DNA of 60,025 bases, counting the filler, from Basidiobolus ranarum (lineage: Eukaryota): assembly GCA_040143965.1 (NCBI GenBank). It is 11 parts of 11 records of this genome, joined end to end, with 100 filler letters (N's around TTAATTAATTAA, not from the genome) between each part and the next. Parts side by side here need not be neighbours in the genome. Positions count along the whole stretch, not along the records: positions 38,316 to 43,672 come from JASJQH010001622.1; positions 43,773 to 49,127 come from JASJQH010001623.1; positions 49,228 to 54,577 come from JASJQH010001624.1; 8 more parts are not named here. One strand, written 5' to 3'. Below the pieces are notes generated by a model. It worked only from the letters and a program-made list of their open reading frames with translations, did not search any database and was not told the DNA's origin. This document shows positions 38,316-49,699 of the stretch, piece by piece (positions within the stretch are counted from its first letter, which is position 1; every line of letters begins with the position of its first letter). The translations under genes were made by a program, and so were the position numbers.

Positions 38316-39335
38316 AGAATCTTCTTGTTTGGATTGGTTTTAAGCTGGAAAACCAATCTTTCCTGTTTGACATATGCTGGGAAGCTCCTGAATCAATATA
38401 CCATGTTACTGAGTCTTCTTTATGGGTTATTGAGAGGGTAGACACAAGTAGACAATCTCTATCAGTGCTTACTTGATTTTCTTGTTCCAACTTTAGCTTT
38501 TTGGCCAAGATCCGTTTTCTGCAATCTTGGTTTAATGGGCTAGTTTCTTGCAATACTTGCAGATGATTAATTTCCTAATAGAGGCACCACTATTGAAACC
38601 TGTTGGATGTTTCCAGCTCCAAAAAATGCCTGTTCTGCAATATTTTGCTGAAAAATAGATCTCCTTTATTCTTCATTCAAAAGCCTAGCACCAACATGTT
38701 GTTTAGTTAATAGCACTGATGTTGATTCTAGGGCAATTATGTGGTTTGCAAACTTGTCTGGCAGGCTCCCAAGTAGTGTCATGACTAATTTATCTTCATT
38801 TAGAGGTGCTCCAATGGATGAGAGCTGATCTGCCATAGTTTTTATCCAATATGTATGATTAAGCATAGACTAATCAGTATTGATCTGAATTGAGAATCAT
38901 TTTCACCCAAGATATAGCCTGTTAGCCAGATGTTTAGTCTCATATAGTCAAACAAGTGTTTCTCAAGCATTTTGGATGTTTTTGGCTGATTGTATGTGCC
39001 TCCATTAAGAATCTCTGAGATGTAGACAAAATATAGAGAGTGCTGTCCTCTGCTTCTTGTGAAAGGCAAGGATAGCTTCTGGTGGTCCCTTTGGCTGCAT
39101 TTCTCCTTCTGTAACAAATCCCCACAAGTCCTGGTCTTCTAGCACCATTTACATCTTCAGAGTCTTCAAGTCATAGGAGGCTATAATATGGTCATCTACA
39201 TAAAACACTGATAAAACTGTGCTTGTCTTATCAGGCCTGAAGTAGATACTACAGTCAGCATTACTCTTTTGGAATTTGATTGTTTCCAAAAAAGTGTCAT
39301 CTTGCAATTCCAAGCTCTTGGAGATTGTTTTTCAT
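38316..39335 (-). mobile_element. Copia gag-protease fragment, preceded by a short RT fragment from another copia
   Basis: MVLEDQDLWGFVT, GARLLNEE, WYIDSGASQH. 39180-39335 reads KQSPRAWN...SVYVDD. Confidence 0.85.
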
Positions 39336-39340
39336 ACAAG

Positions 39341-42300
39341 TGTTTAGGGCATTTGGAAGTGTTTTGGACCAGACTTATATTTGTGAATTAGACACTTATG
39401 TTTTATTGATTTCAATATGTCCTATTTATAGTTAATTATGAAATAGGACTATTAGACGTGCTTAGGTCATAACAGACATGCCTGTTAAGTCGGGGTGAAA
39501 ATTTCTGGTGATTTGGAGAAGTGTTGAGAAAAAGTGAAAAATGGTAAAAGTGATCAAATGGATATTTCTATCAATTTGAGCAAAAAATACACAATTTTGA
39601 ATGACAGAATTGAGTGCTAAATAAACAGAATATGAATAAACTAACTACTAACTAATGAGTTGCTATTTTCCTAATTTCAACATTGCCACTCAACTAGTTA
39701 TTTTGTATTTCTGTTAAACCTAGCTTATATCTTAATAATTCAAATTGTGCTTAAGCTAATGGTTTGGTTAAGATATCAGCTATCATGTCTTCTTTAGGGC
39801 AATAGACAAGTTCAATCATATTATTCTCTATTGCTTCTCTAACAAAATGATGGCTACAATCTATGTGCTTTGTTCTAGTATGAAATGTAGGGTTTTTAGC
39901 TAATGGAATACAACTTTGAATTACTTCAAACACAGTAGTAGCATGATTTTACATGTATCCTAAGTCTGTAAATAGCTTTCTTAACCACATAGCTTCTTGT
40001 GTAGTAGCAGAAGCAACCATATACTCTGCTTCTGCGGTGGAAAGTGCCTCAGTTGGTTGCTTCTTACTATTCCCAGTTATGGCTCATTCACCATAGAGAA
40101 AAGTGTGCACAGTTGTTGATCTTCTATCATCAAGATTTCTTCCCCAGTCTGCATCACTGTGGCCTTCAAAGTTCTGTGCATTAGGGGTGGCAGAGTATTC
40201 CTGAACCAGATCTACAGTTCCTCTCAAGTACCTGAATATTTGTTTTACTGCATTTTTGTGCTCAGATCCTGGATTTTTGAGGTATTGGCTGACAGTTCTC
40301 ACTGCCACAGCAATGTCTGGATGTGTTCCAACCATTGCATACATTAAACTACCAACCATGGATTGATAAGGGAATTCCTGGCTTTGATTTGGTTCAGTTT
40401 GAGCCAAATTGGATGAAATTTGAATTAATTTCACACTGGGAACCATTGGTGCTGATACAGGCTTGCAATTCTCAGTGTTGAAGCATTTTAGGATGTCTAG
40501 AATGTATCTAGACTGACTCAGCATGATTTTCTGATTGGATTTATCTCTCTTGATTTGGATTCCAAGAAAATGACTTAAATAACCTATATTAGTCATCTGA
40601 AATTAGTTTGATAAGCTGCTTTTTGTCAGATTAAGTGCTTCTAGCTCATTTGTGGCTATGATTAAGTCATCCACATATATTGCCAAGATAAGGATCCTAT
40701 TTCTGGTTGTTCTGATGTGAATACTGCGATCTACTGTGCATTTTGGGAATTCCAGAGATTCTGAATAGGTATCTATCTTGTAGTACCATGCCCTGGGTGC
40801 TTGCTTAAGTCCATATAGCAATTCTTGCAGCTTACAGACCATATCAGGATGTTTTGGGTCAACAAATTCATCTGGTTGCTCCATACAGATCTCTTCTTTG
40901 GTTTCCATACAGTAAGGCTGTTTTTACATCCATTGGATGTAAATCAATGTTATGAACATCTGAAAGTGCCTAGATTGATCTAATGAAGCTAAACATAGCT
41001 TTTGGAGCAAAGGTTTTAATAAAACCAACTCCTGGAGTCTGGGAATAGACTTTGGCATCTAATTGTGCTTTGTACCATTCTATGGTTCCATAAGCTTGGT
41101 CTTTGTCTTTGTAGGCCCATTTGCAACCTATTGGCCCTCTCCCTGATGGAAGAGGACTTAAAACCCATGATTTAGTTTCCTGAAGTGAAGAAAACTCATC
41201 TGATATTACTTCTTCCCATAATTTTGATTCTGGACACTCCAGAACTTGATCCAGAGTCAGTTGCTTGTCACAAAATGCTTCATAAGCATATACATCATCA
41301 TTGGAAGTATTCAACCAGTTTCCTGGCTTAATTCTCCTTCTGGATGATCTCCAGGGTCCTGAATCATCCTTTGATGTAATTGGGACTGAAATTTGGTTGA
41401 ATAGGGCTGAGATACGGCAGGAATTTTGTTGGACACTACCTAAATAGTGCTGATTTTGTTTTTTGGATCAAGAACTGTGATTTGAGGTGAAAATTTGCTT
41501 TTTCATCCAAAATCACATCTCTGCACTTGATTAACTTCTATTTTTGGTATCAAACAGCCTGTAGGCCTTGGATCCATCACAGTAACCAAGAAATATGCAT
41601 TTTCTGCTCTTGGGTTGCTATTTTGAGCATTTTTGAGCTGGAATTAGGCAATATGTTGTGCAACTAAAGATCCTGAGATGATCCACACTTGACTTTGATC
41701 CATATAGGGCTTCAAATGTAGTAGAATTTGTAGCAATCTTGTTGGGCATCTGTTTTTGATATAGACTGCAGTGGAGACAGATTGAGCCCGTAATTGGTTA
41801 TCTCACTTTTGATCATGTAGCATTGATCTTGCCATCTCCACTATAATTCTATTAGCACATTCTGCAACTCCATTCTGCTGTAGAATAAAAGTTACAGTAG
41901 TTTGTTGCTTAATTCCATATTTATTGCAAAAACTAGCAAAGTCTTAAGAGCAGTATTCTCCCCCATTAACACTCCTTGGTACCCTTATTTTTTGGGGTAA
42001 TTCCTTCTCTACCATTGCTTTGTAGTGCTTGAACATAGCTAAGGCTTCAGATTGTGATTTGAGAAAGAATACCGATGTGTATCTTTTTTGTCATCAATCA
42101 AGGTCTTAAAGTACCATTTCTTACCCAGTGAGACGTTTTTCATGGGCCCACATAGATCAGAATGAATCTGGGCCAGATTGTGAGTGGATTTGATCCCTCC
42201 AGAGCTTGAAAACAGCTGTCTGCTATGTTTTCCATATATGCAACCTTCACACAGATCCAATTTAGTGATATTTCCAATTTCTAAGCCTGAGACAAGCTGA

Positions 42301-43560
42301 TTTTGGATCATTTGGGTCAGTTTATGTTCCCCTTTGTGGCCTTATCTTCTATGCAATGTTTGACAACTTATCAAACCAGTTTTGGCCAAGTTTGCATGCT
42401 CAGAATACAATTTGTTGACTTCTAGCTTGTACAAATTTTGAGTTTTGATCCAAGTAGCTCATTTGGTATCATTCTGATCAGTGATAATGTATCCAGCCTT
42501 ACTGAACATGCAATTTAGTCATTGAGTTGTTGCTTGGCTTACTGATAATAGATTCTTGGCTTTAGTTGGTACATAGAGTATATCATCTAATTTTGTAGAT
42601 GGTGTAGCTGAATTTTGGTTTAAATTGAGTGCAACTGTGCCCTTACCAGCTGCATCTTGTGCATAGTCATTACCTAAGTAGAATCTTCTTGTTTGGATTG
42701 GTTTTAAGCTGGAAAACCAATCTTTCCTGTTTGACATGTGCTGGGAAGCTCCTGAATCAATATACCATATTACTGAGTCTTCTTTAGTGGTTACTGAGAG
42801 GGTAGACAGAATTAGACAATCTCTATCAGTGCTTACTTAATTTGCTTGTTCTGATTTTGGCATTTCAGCAAAAATCCTTTTTCTGCAATCTTTGATTGAA
42901 TGGCCTGGTTTCTTGCTATATTTGCAGATGTCTAATTTCCTAATAGGAACACCATTATTGAAGCCTGTTGGAGGTTTTACAGCTCCAAAAAATGCCGGTT
43001 CAGCAATATTTTGCTGAGAAATAGATCTCCTTTATTCTTCATTCAAAAGCCTAGCACCAACATGTTCCATAGTTAATAGCACTGATGTTGATTCTAGGGC
43101 AATTATGAGGTTTGCAAACTTGTCTGGCAGGCTCCCAAGTAGTGTCATGACTAAGTCATCTTCATTTAAAGGTGCTCCAATGGATGAGAGCCAATCAGCC
43201 ATAGTTTTTATCCAATATTTATGCTTAAGCATAGAATCATCAGTATTCATCTGCATTGATAATAATTTTCACCCAAGATATAGCCTATTAGCCAGACTTT
43301 CAGTCTCATTTAGTCCCTCAAGTTTTTCCCAAGCTTTTTTGATGTTTTTGGCTGATTGTATGTACCTCCATTGAGAATCTCCGACATGTGGACAAAGTGT
43401 AGAGAGTGCTTTCCTCTGCTTCTTGTGAAAGGTAAGGATAGCTTCTGGTGGTCCCTTTAGCTCTATTGCTTCTCCTGTAACAAATCCCCAAAGGTACTTG
43501 TCTTCTATCACCATTTGTATCTTGAACCTTCAAAGGCAAAAGTCTTCACTATCAAACTTC
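39341..43560 (-). mobile_element. Near-complete degenerate Ty1/copia element (gag, PR, IN, RT, RH, PPT, 3' LTR family B at 39341-39682)
   Basis: Copia domain order: DSGASQH, CEGCIYGK, HSDLCGP, QQNGVAE, YGLKQAPRAW, YVDDL, SDADW, TKHID, ADILTK. LTR matches 24849-25191. Confidence 0.95.
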
Positions 43561-44253
43561 ACCGATTTAAAACTTTTTAAAATTATTTCGCAACAAGTTT
43601 TTTTTCCTTTACCTCTCACCGTAACCCTAATTCAAATCTAACTTAAAACTTTCTCACAGACCAGATTTAAAANNNNNNNNNNNNNNNNNNNNNNNNNNNN
43701 NNNNNNNNNNNNNNNNTTAATTAATTAANNNNNNNNNNNNNNNNNNNNNNNNNNNNNNNNNNNNNNNNNNNNTATGAACCATGCAAGTAAAATTACTATA
43801 TAAGCCTTGTTTTATTTAACTTGGGCGCGGATTAGCCAAATGAAGAGATTGGAACGATCAATTCTGTGCTTAGCAAATGAGCTTATACTGAATTACCACT
43901 CCCTCACATACAATCAACAGCCTGAACGTTCTTTAGATAAGATAAATAATTCAAATAGGGTAGCATCCGATCTTCTTAAGGCAGTATCCGATCTTGTAGT
44001 ACTTCGGATTGCGTGATCTACTTATCTTATACTATACAAATTAATCTTGACCAGAGCTACTCTACAAATTGACTTTCGCGTGTCAGGCGTCTGGTTACTT
44101 ATTCTGACCTGGCCAAGGGATGAATCGGTATTCCACCTTTGGAGTAATCATCCGACGTTCAAAGTATACTCTGCAATTAGTCAGCTTGGAATTACTGGTC
44201 GTTGAGATGTATAAAAAGTCCATTTGGGACCGAAGAACCATCAATTATCACTT

Positions 44254-45286
44254 ATGATGAAGTTTCTTATTCTGTCCCTTCCCATTCTTTGCTTATTGAG
44301 TGCTCCCGCTGAAGTATATGGAGGTAGCTCGGATCGCAAGTTAAAGATCTACCACTACAGCTCTCCCGAGAATGCCTTGTCCAGTGTATCCACTTTAATA
44401 GTGGGCAATAAGGAGGCAATGGTGGTCGATCCACCATTCTTAAATTCCGCCGCACGTGGCTTAATCTCTTTCATTCAGAAGAAAACCCGCTTACCCGTCA
44501 CGAAGGTGTTTTCTACTCATGAGCATCCTGATCACTTCTTTGGTGGTACGGAGTTACTGAAGGTTTTCCGTAAAGCAGATATGCTAGCATCTCCTGGTGT
44601 TGCCAAGAAAATCAGTGAGGTGGTCCAATCAAAAGGTTTGTTCTTCAGTTTTTGATTCATTGGTTTTAATGGTCTTTAATCAAAAACAATTTACTTAGTT
44701 GCTCAATGGACACCTACTTACGGCAAACAAGAGATCCCACAATCTCCTGCCTTACCTAGGCCCTACGAAAGAACCATCATAAGGTTGAAGGGAAATACTA
44801 ACGAACCCATTCACCTACTGCAACCATTGCAAGGTGACGTAGATGACCTGACTGTTCTGTGGGTCCCGTCTCAGAGAACTGTAATCACCGGCGATCTAGT
44901 GTATGCTGGAAATGAGCATGTCTGGTTGGCCGAGGCCGAAGCTCCCATCAACAGGGACAACTGGATATCCAGTATAACTTGTAAGTACTTTCATCAATTT
45001 CTTTACACTCATCTTAATATCCAACTTAACCTTAATGTGGTGCATAGTTCTTCAATCCTTGAAGCCAAAAAGAGTTATAGGTGGTCATGTCCCAAGTGAA
45101 GTTAAGCCAAGCGTTTCCGACTTACAAGCTACCAAAGATTATGTTAGCTATTTTAACAATGAGGTGTACGGAAAGGATTTAAGCGAGAAGGAAATTTATG
45201 CAAAAATGTCAGCCAAATTTCCTACTCGTCAGTCCTTGATGACACTTAACATCACCGCTCAAACGTATGGTCGCAAAGGCAATTAG
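44254..45286 (+). CDS. Secreted metallo-beta-lactamase-fold hydrolase, 3 exons, about 300 aa
   Basis: Exons 44254-44635, 44699-44980 and 45048-45286 in frame. Hydrophobic signal peptide, VVD, THEHPDHFFG, TGDLVY, VIGGH. TATAAAA at about 44210. Confidence 0.9.
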
Positions 45287-46648
45287 ATAGATACATTTAC
45301 ATGGTGGAGGACATTAGTTAGCTTACATTGAATCTTCTTTATCGTAATAAACAAATACGTACAAAGAACATTGCTAAGCATTTGCTGACCTTCTGCTGAA
45401 TTGCGTGATCTTTCAACTTTTCTATGGTGTTGTTTGAGGACTCTTTGAAAGGAGATAGGTTGTAGTACCCAGATCCTGGTGAAGAAAGTATCAATTTGTG
45501 TTAGTAATAGCGCGTATTTAATTTTCACGTTTCCATCCCAAAGATGTCTTGCTTCACTCAATGATGATTTCTCATTTATGTTGAGAAGAAAAACCACCAA
45601 TGATTTTAGTAAACATATTCCTCTCATGGACATCATCAAATATTCAGCAATATAATGGATATCTTTACCAAATACTCGGTAATGATCCAAATTTTATTTA
45701 TGTATTTGGAATTCAAACTAGGTTGATGGCAGTCATGCTGGATATATCCTATTTCTTGTTCAGAAAATACGATATACGAAAATTCGTTCCAGTTCTTTTT
45801 CAGAAGGGAAATCTCATAGCGTGCTATCAACAGGAGATTTCCTAGTGAATCTTTGATACAAAGAGAATATTTTGAGCATATGCTGGAAACTGACCTTTCA
45901 TTCCTCATAGACAAATTAATTTGTGCGTTTAGGGGGATGGAAACAAACCAGGCTGTGTAATTCTTATTTAAATCACTAACAGACTCAAATAAAGAATCCA
46001 TCAGGAGCTGACTAATATCATACTTAAGGTATTTATTTCTTGGTTTTGTTCTGATATAACCAATATTTCAATTATATGTAGCTCTTCTGAAGTAAATACT
46101 AAGCTCAGGGGAACTAGCGGAAGGACAAAGACATAGTGAAATTGCTTCACAAAGTGAAGTATTGGGAAGTACATGAAAGCAATTTACCAAGAAAGAGAAA
46201 ATGAGTACTACAAATCCATTGCTCCAAGAGATACTTGCTTTCTACCTCATGGAAATTGGCAGCTAACTTTAGAAATTGTGGGAATCTACTAGAAAGCTCT
46301 AGCATGATGTTTTAGAATTGTACCATTGTTCAGCCAAGTCTTGACTAATGTATCACTGCTATCTTGAAGCCTGATTAGCTCCCAAGCTTTCAGGTTCAGG
46401 AACTCGAATCTAATAGGTTTAGAATGCAAAAGCACTATTAACAGCAAAACATATGGAGTAAGAATCAGCCTTGGTGTCATTTAGCATGATAAGGGGTAAG
46501 GGTAAAGAGGTTCTAACAAGAAAGAAAAGAGGGGATCTGGGTGACACAATCGTCCCAGTATAACAAGAAACCACGAGGTATTGGGATGCTATCTTCAATG
46601 TACACTCTTTACTCACAATGTATAAAAGTTACCAGTATGTATGTCTTG

Positions 46649-47068
46649 CTAAGAATGAATCAGTGCATTATCCATAACGATGTAAAAGTAGCTCATCTCA
46701 GGGAACTTGCACATTTCATCCATTCGCCTAGAAATAAACATCATATAATGTCGAGTGATAGTTCCTCCAGGCATCTTCCTCGCTGCAGGCTTTTTCCTCT
46801 TCCTGCCTCCATTAATCTTCATTTTCCTAGCCTTCAAAGGTTCTCTGATTTCAACCGCAATAACGTCGCTTGTTGCTATAGCTCCCAGAATAGTATGTGT
46901 GACAGCATGGGTAGTGGGTGTTTCGACTACTGCTGACGTACATATGATTGAGCGAGAATTAGGGCTTCTCATGTTGTCCACGAAGACGCAGTTTTGTAGA
47001 TAATCCATATCCGTGGTTTCGGTCCATTTCTTTACCCAACTGTAGCGCTTGTCGAGATTGTCAAGGTC
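46649..47068 (-). mobile_element. Tc1/mariner (IS630-like) DDE transposase fragment
   Basis: MDYLQNCVFVD...THTILGAI...YIVMDNALIH, resembling Mucorales-type Tc1 transposases. Internally deleted and truncated. Confidence 0.8.
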
Positions 47069-47537
47069 ATGTCTACTATTGCTATTACAGCTTGTGCAAT
47101 GGTACCAATATTGCAATTCTATATATGCATTCCCCCATTTCATTTTAAAGTATGTGTATTATCTATTCTCGTCCATACAAGCAAATTTTTTTATCACATA
47201 CATATGTGTACTTTAATATACGGCACAAGCTATATACATATCAATCATATATCAAATGATGTAAATTTTGCAGTAAATATGAATTTTGTTTTTGTTAATA
47301 CATTCATCTTCAAGTCTTGATTATCAGTAAGACACGTACTCGATAGGCCTCTATTGTCATTCTAGGGAGTACTCTAATGAGAATAGTACTAGCTTGCCAG
47401 TAAAAGCTGTTCTGGCATTGCGTGTTACATATATGTATATATATGCATCTATCCCACAAAATAAAGTTTGAAGTCAAAAAAAGCAACCTTTTTATTTTCA
47501 ACAGGTGGAGAAGGTCTAGTATTTACACAGGTTCTTT

Positions 47538-47942
47538 TCAATTCGTGTAAGCGGTAACCACAATTTCGACGTGCATTTCTGGTTCTCCCAGTTGGGCTAC
47601 ACCCACACAAGTCCAGAGAGGGCTACGATCGCCAATATACTTTTTGAATAATTTGGGGAAAAGAGCAGTGGTGTCTTTATCCAAGGGAACGTGGTATGAT
47701 GTTACGCTATAAACGTCCTTCCAAGAAGAACCTACACTATTCAGTACGTGCTCTACGTTTTGAAATGCTTTCTCGATTTCTTCTTCGCGACTCTTGTAAG
47801 TAAAGGTTAGGTCCTTGTCCCATCCGCCTTGTCCAGAAATGTCAATTCTGTTACCGTGCTTCAAGACTTGATGGTAATTGAATTTGCTTCTATGCTCTTC
47901 ATAGTTGGAGGGAGAAGAAATTACGGGCTTCTCTGAAGACAT
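47538..47942 (-). CDS. Rid (YjgF/YER057c/UK114) family protein lacking the catalytic Arg
   Basis: YHQVLKHGNRIDISGQGGWD, AFQNVEHVL, VTSYH, PLWTCVGVAQL, VEIVVTA. Intronless. Alternative ATG at 47960. Confidence 0.9.
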   Translation of the reverse strand: MSSEKPVISSPSNYEEHRSKFNYHQVLKHGNRIDISGQGGWDKDLTFTYKSREEEIEKAFQNVEHVLNSVGSSWKDVYSVTSYHVPLDKDTTALFPKLFKKYIGDRSPLWTCVGVAQLGEPEMHVEIVVTAYTN

Positions 47943-48115
47943 TTGCTGTATGGTGATCATATTGTATGTTTACAAGCATTACAATGGTGCGCATAATGTG
48001 AGCTTTATAGATGTTGATATCACAGTCACTTTACGTCATTATTAATAATCAATGGAATATGACAATTTCGTATGAGCTATGATAGCCAATAGAATGATCC
48101 GATCTCAATGTAATA

Positions 48116-48745
48116 CAGTGGCAACACCCCAATGTTTGTTTTCAGTGAACTAAATTCGCTTTAGTCTCCAACCAAGGTTCGTTTTGTTCATATATCGGCT
48201 CCTCACCCAAAGTTCATTTTTCATTGAACCGAATTCGCTTTTCTCTCCGAATGAGCTTCGCTTTTTTAACAACCCAAAGTTCGCTTTTGTAAATGGCTCA
48301 AATGCGTTTTTACATCATTCAAAGTTCCTTTTTGTTATTAATAAAGTTCGTTTTAATTATATTTGTTTTTACTATTTCAGATGAACAGCAACTTCTTTTA
48401 CGAAGATGGACAAGGAAATGAGGCAATGGTTTTGGGGGAGGAAATCGTTTGTTATAACCTGAGCACTTTGTTGCTTGTCTCAATACCGGGCTTTTCTGCT
48501 GAAGCTACGGAAGAGATTGATACAAAAATGGTTGAAATAGATGAAGAAATTGCTACAAAATCAGTAAGTTGCGCAAAGTACAATATCTACTCTGACAAGC
48601 AGAAGGCATTTTTGATTACTTCAATAGGATTAAGCGGTGGAAGGTTGCCCCTTCTGGTCGTAAAGCTCAGGTGGAGACCCTTACAGCACTAAAGTGGGCA
48701 AAGTGACTCCAAGAAGAACCCATTTGGAACATTTAGGAAAAGCAA
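48116..48745 (+). mobile_element. Tc1/mariner 5' end (TA|CAGTG) with subterminal repeats and transposase N-terminus
   Basis: TA-CAGTGGCAAC at 48114, repeated TTCGCTTT motifs, MNSNFFYEDGQGN...YSDKQKAF and a frameshifted TALKWAK*LQEEP.WNI. Confidence 0.7.
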
Positions 48746-49227
48746 AAGACTTAGGGGGGATGAAAAGCACCATATGGTGTGGACTTTATTTAGCTTAAAT
48801 ACTAATCTAAACAAAGTTACAATCAAGAAATTAATCTTTTAAGATAGTGTGACAATACTGGATCATATCCATACTTAACTTGATGACCAATGTAATCAAG
48901 TTCAGAGGATGTAAATATAGTGTTAAGGGGCAGAGGTGGTAAGCAGAAAGGAAGATACTCACCACACACTAGATGGACAATAGGGCAAAGACCTGGAATA
49001 ATGGGAATTAAGAAAGGTGTCTTAGAGGCAAGGTATTGCTTCCAAAGGTCTAGCTGGAAGTCTATAGCAACAATTTTAGGCTGTGTTGTTTCATGCAGCT
49101 GTAAAGCTAACTCAGAGACAAGAGGTTNNNNNNNNNNNNNNNNNNNNNNNNNNNNNNNNNNNNNNNNNNNNTTAATTAATTAANNNNNNNNNNNNNNNNN
49201 NNNNNNNNNNNNNNNNNNNNNNNNNNN

Positions 49228-49409
49228 AATTTCCAATATGTAATTGCTAATTCTCACATAATTCACATATATATAAAAAATACATGTTCCAATTTGCAGC
49301 TAAGTGTTATTTGACTAAATAATGTTGACTAACTAATATGTGATATATGAAATAGTTAGGTATATAAAGATAGGGATAACATATATGATAAAGAAAATAA
49401 ACTTCAACA
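49228..49409 (-). repeat. LTR-like family D (second copy at about 57770-57919)
   Basis: About 150 bp aligns between two contigs and begins TGTT(G/A)AAGTTTATT on the minus strand. Confidence 0.65.
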
Positions 49410-49699
49410 AAGTCCACTGACTGTAGTTTGCCTCTAAGTTCTGGTAACACTGCCAAAAGTCAAGATACCATGGAGTTACCACAGTTATATGACCACAATG
49501 ATGTAGGTCAAAATGCACCTTTGGGCAAACTAATAAGTCCAGACAACTTTGAGGACTTGCTGCTAGATGCTGACCTTGGTTATCCAGCACCAATAGCTGC
49601 ATATTAGAAGATGAAGAAGAAGCCAATGGTTTTGTTATAGACTCTTTGTTATTGGCAAACAGTAGTCCACTCATAACACCTACTGTAAAGGAAGTAGCT

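Noticed and set aside
19429..47960. DAAO, Rid and MBL as one imine-detoxification cluster
   Set aside because: DAAO is on a different contig from Rid and MBL, and this Rid lacks the Arg needed for imine hydrolysis.
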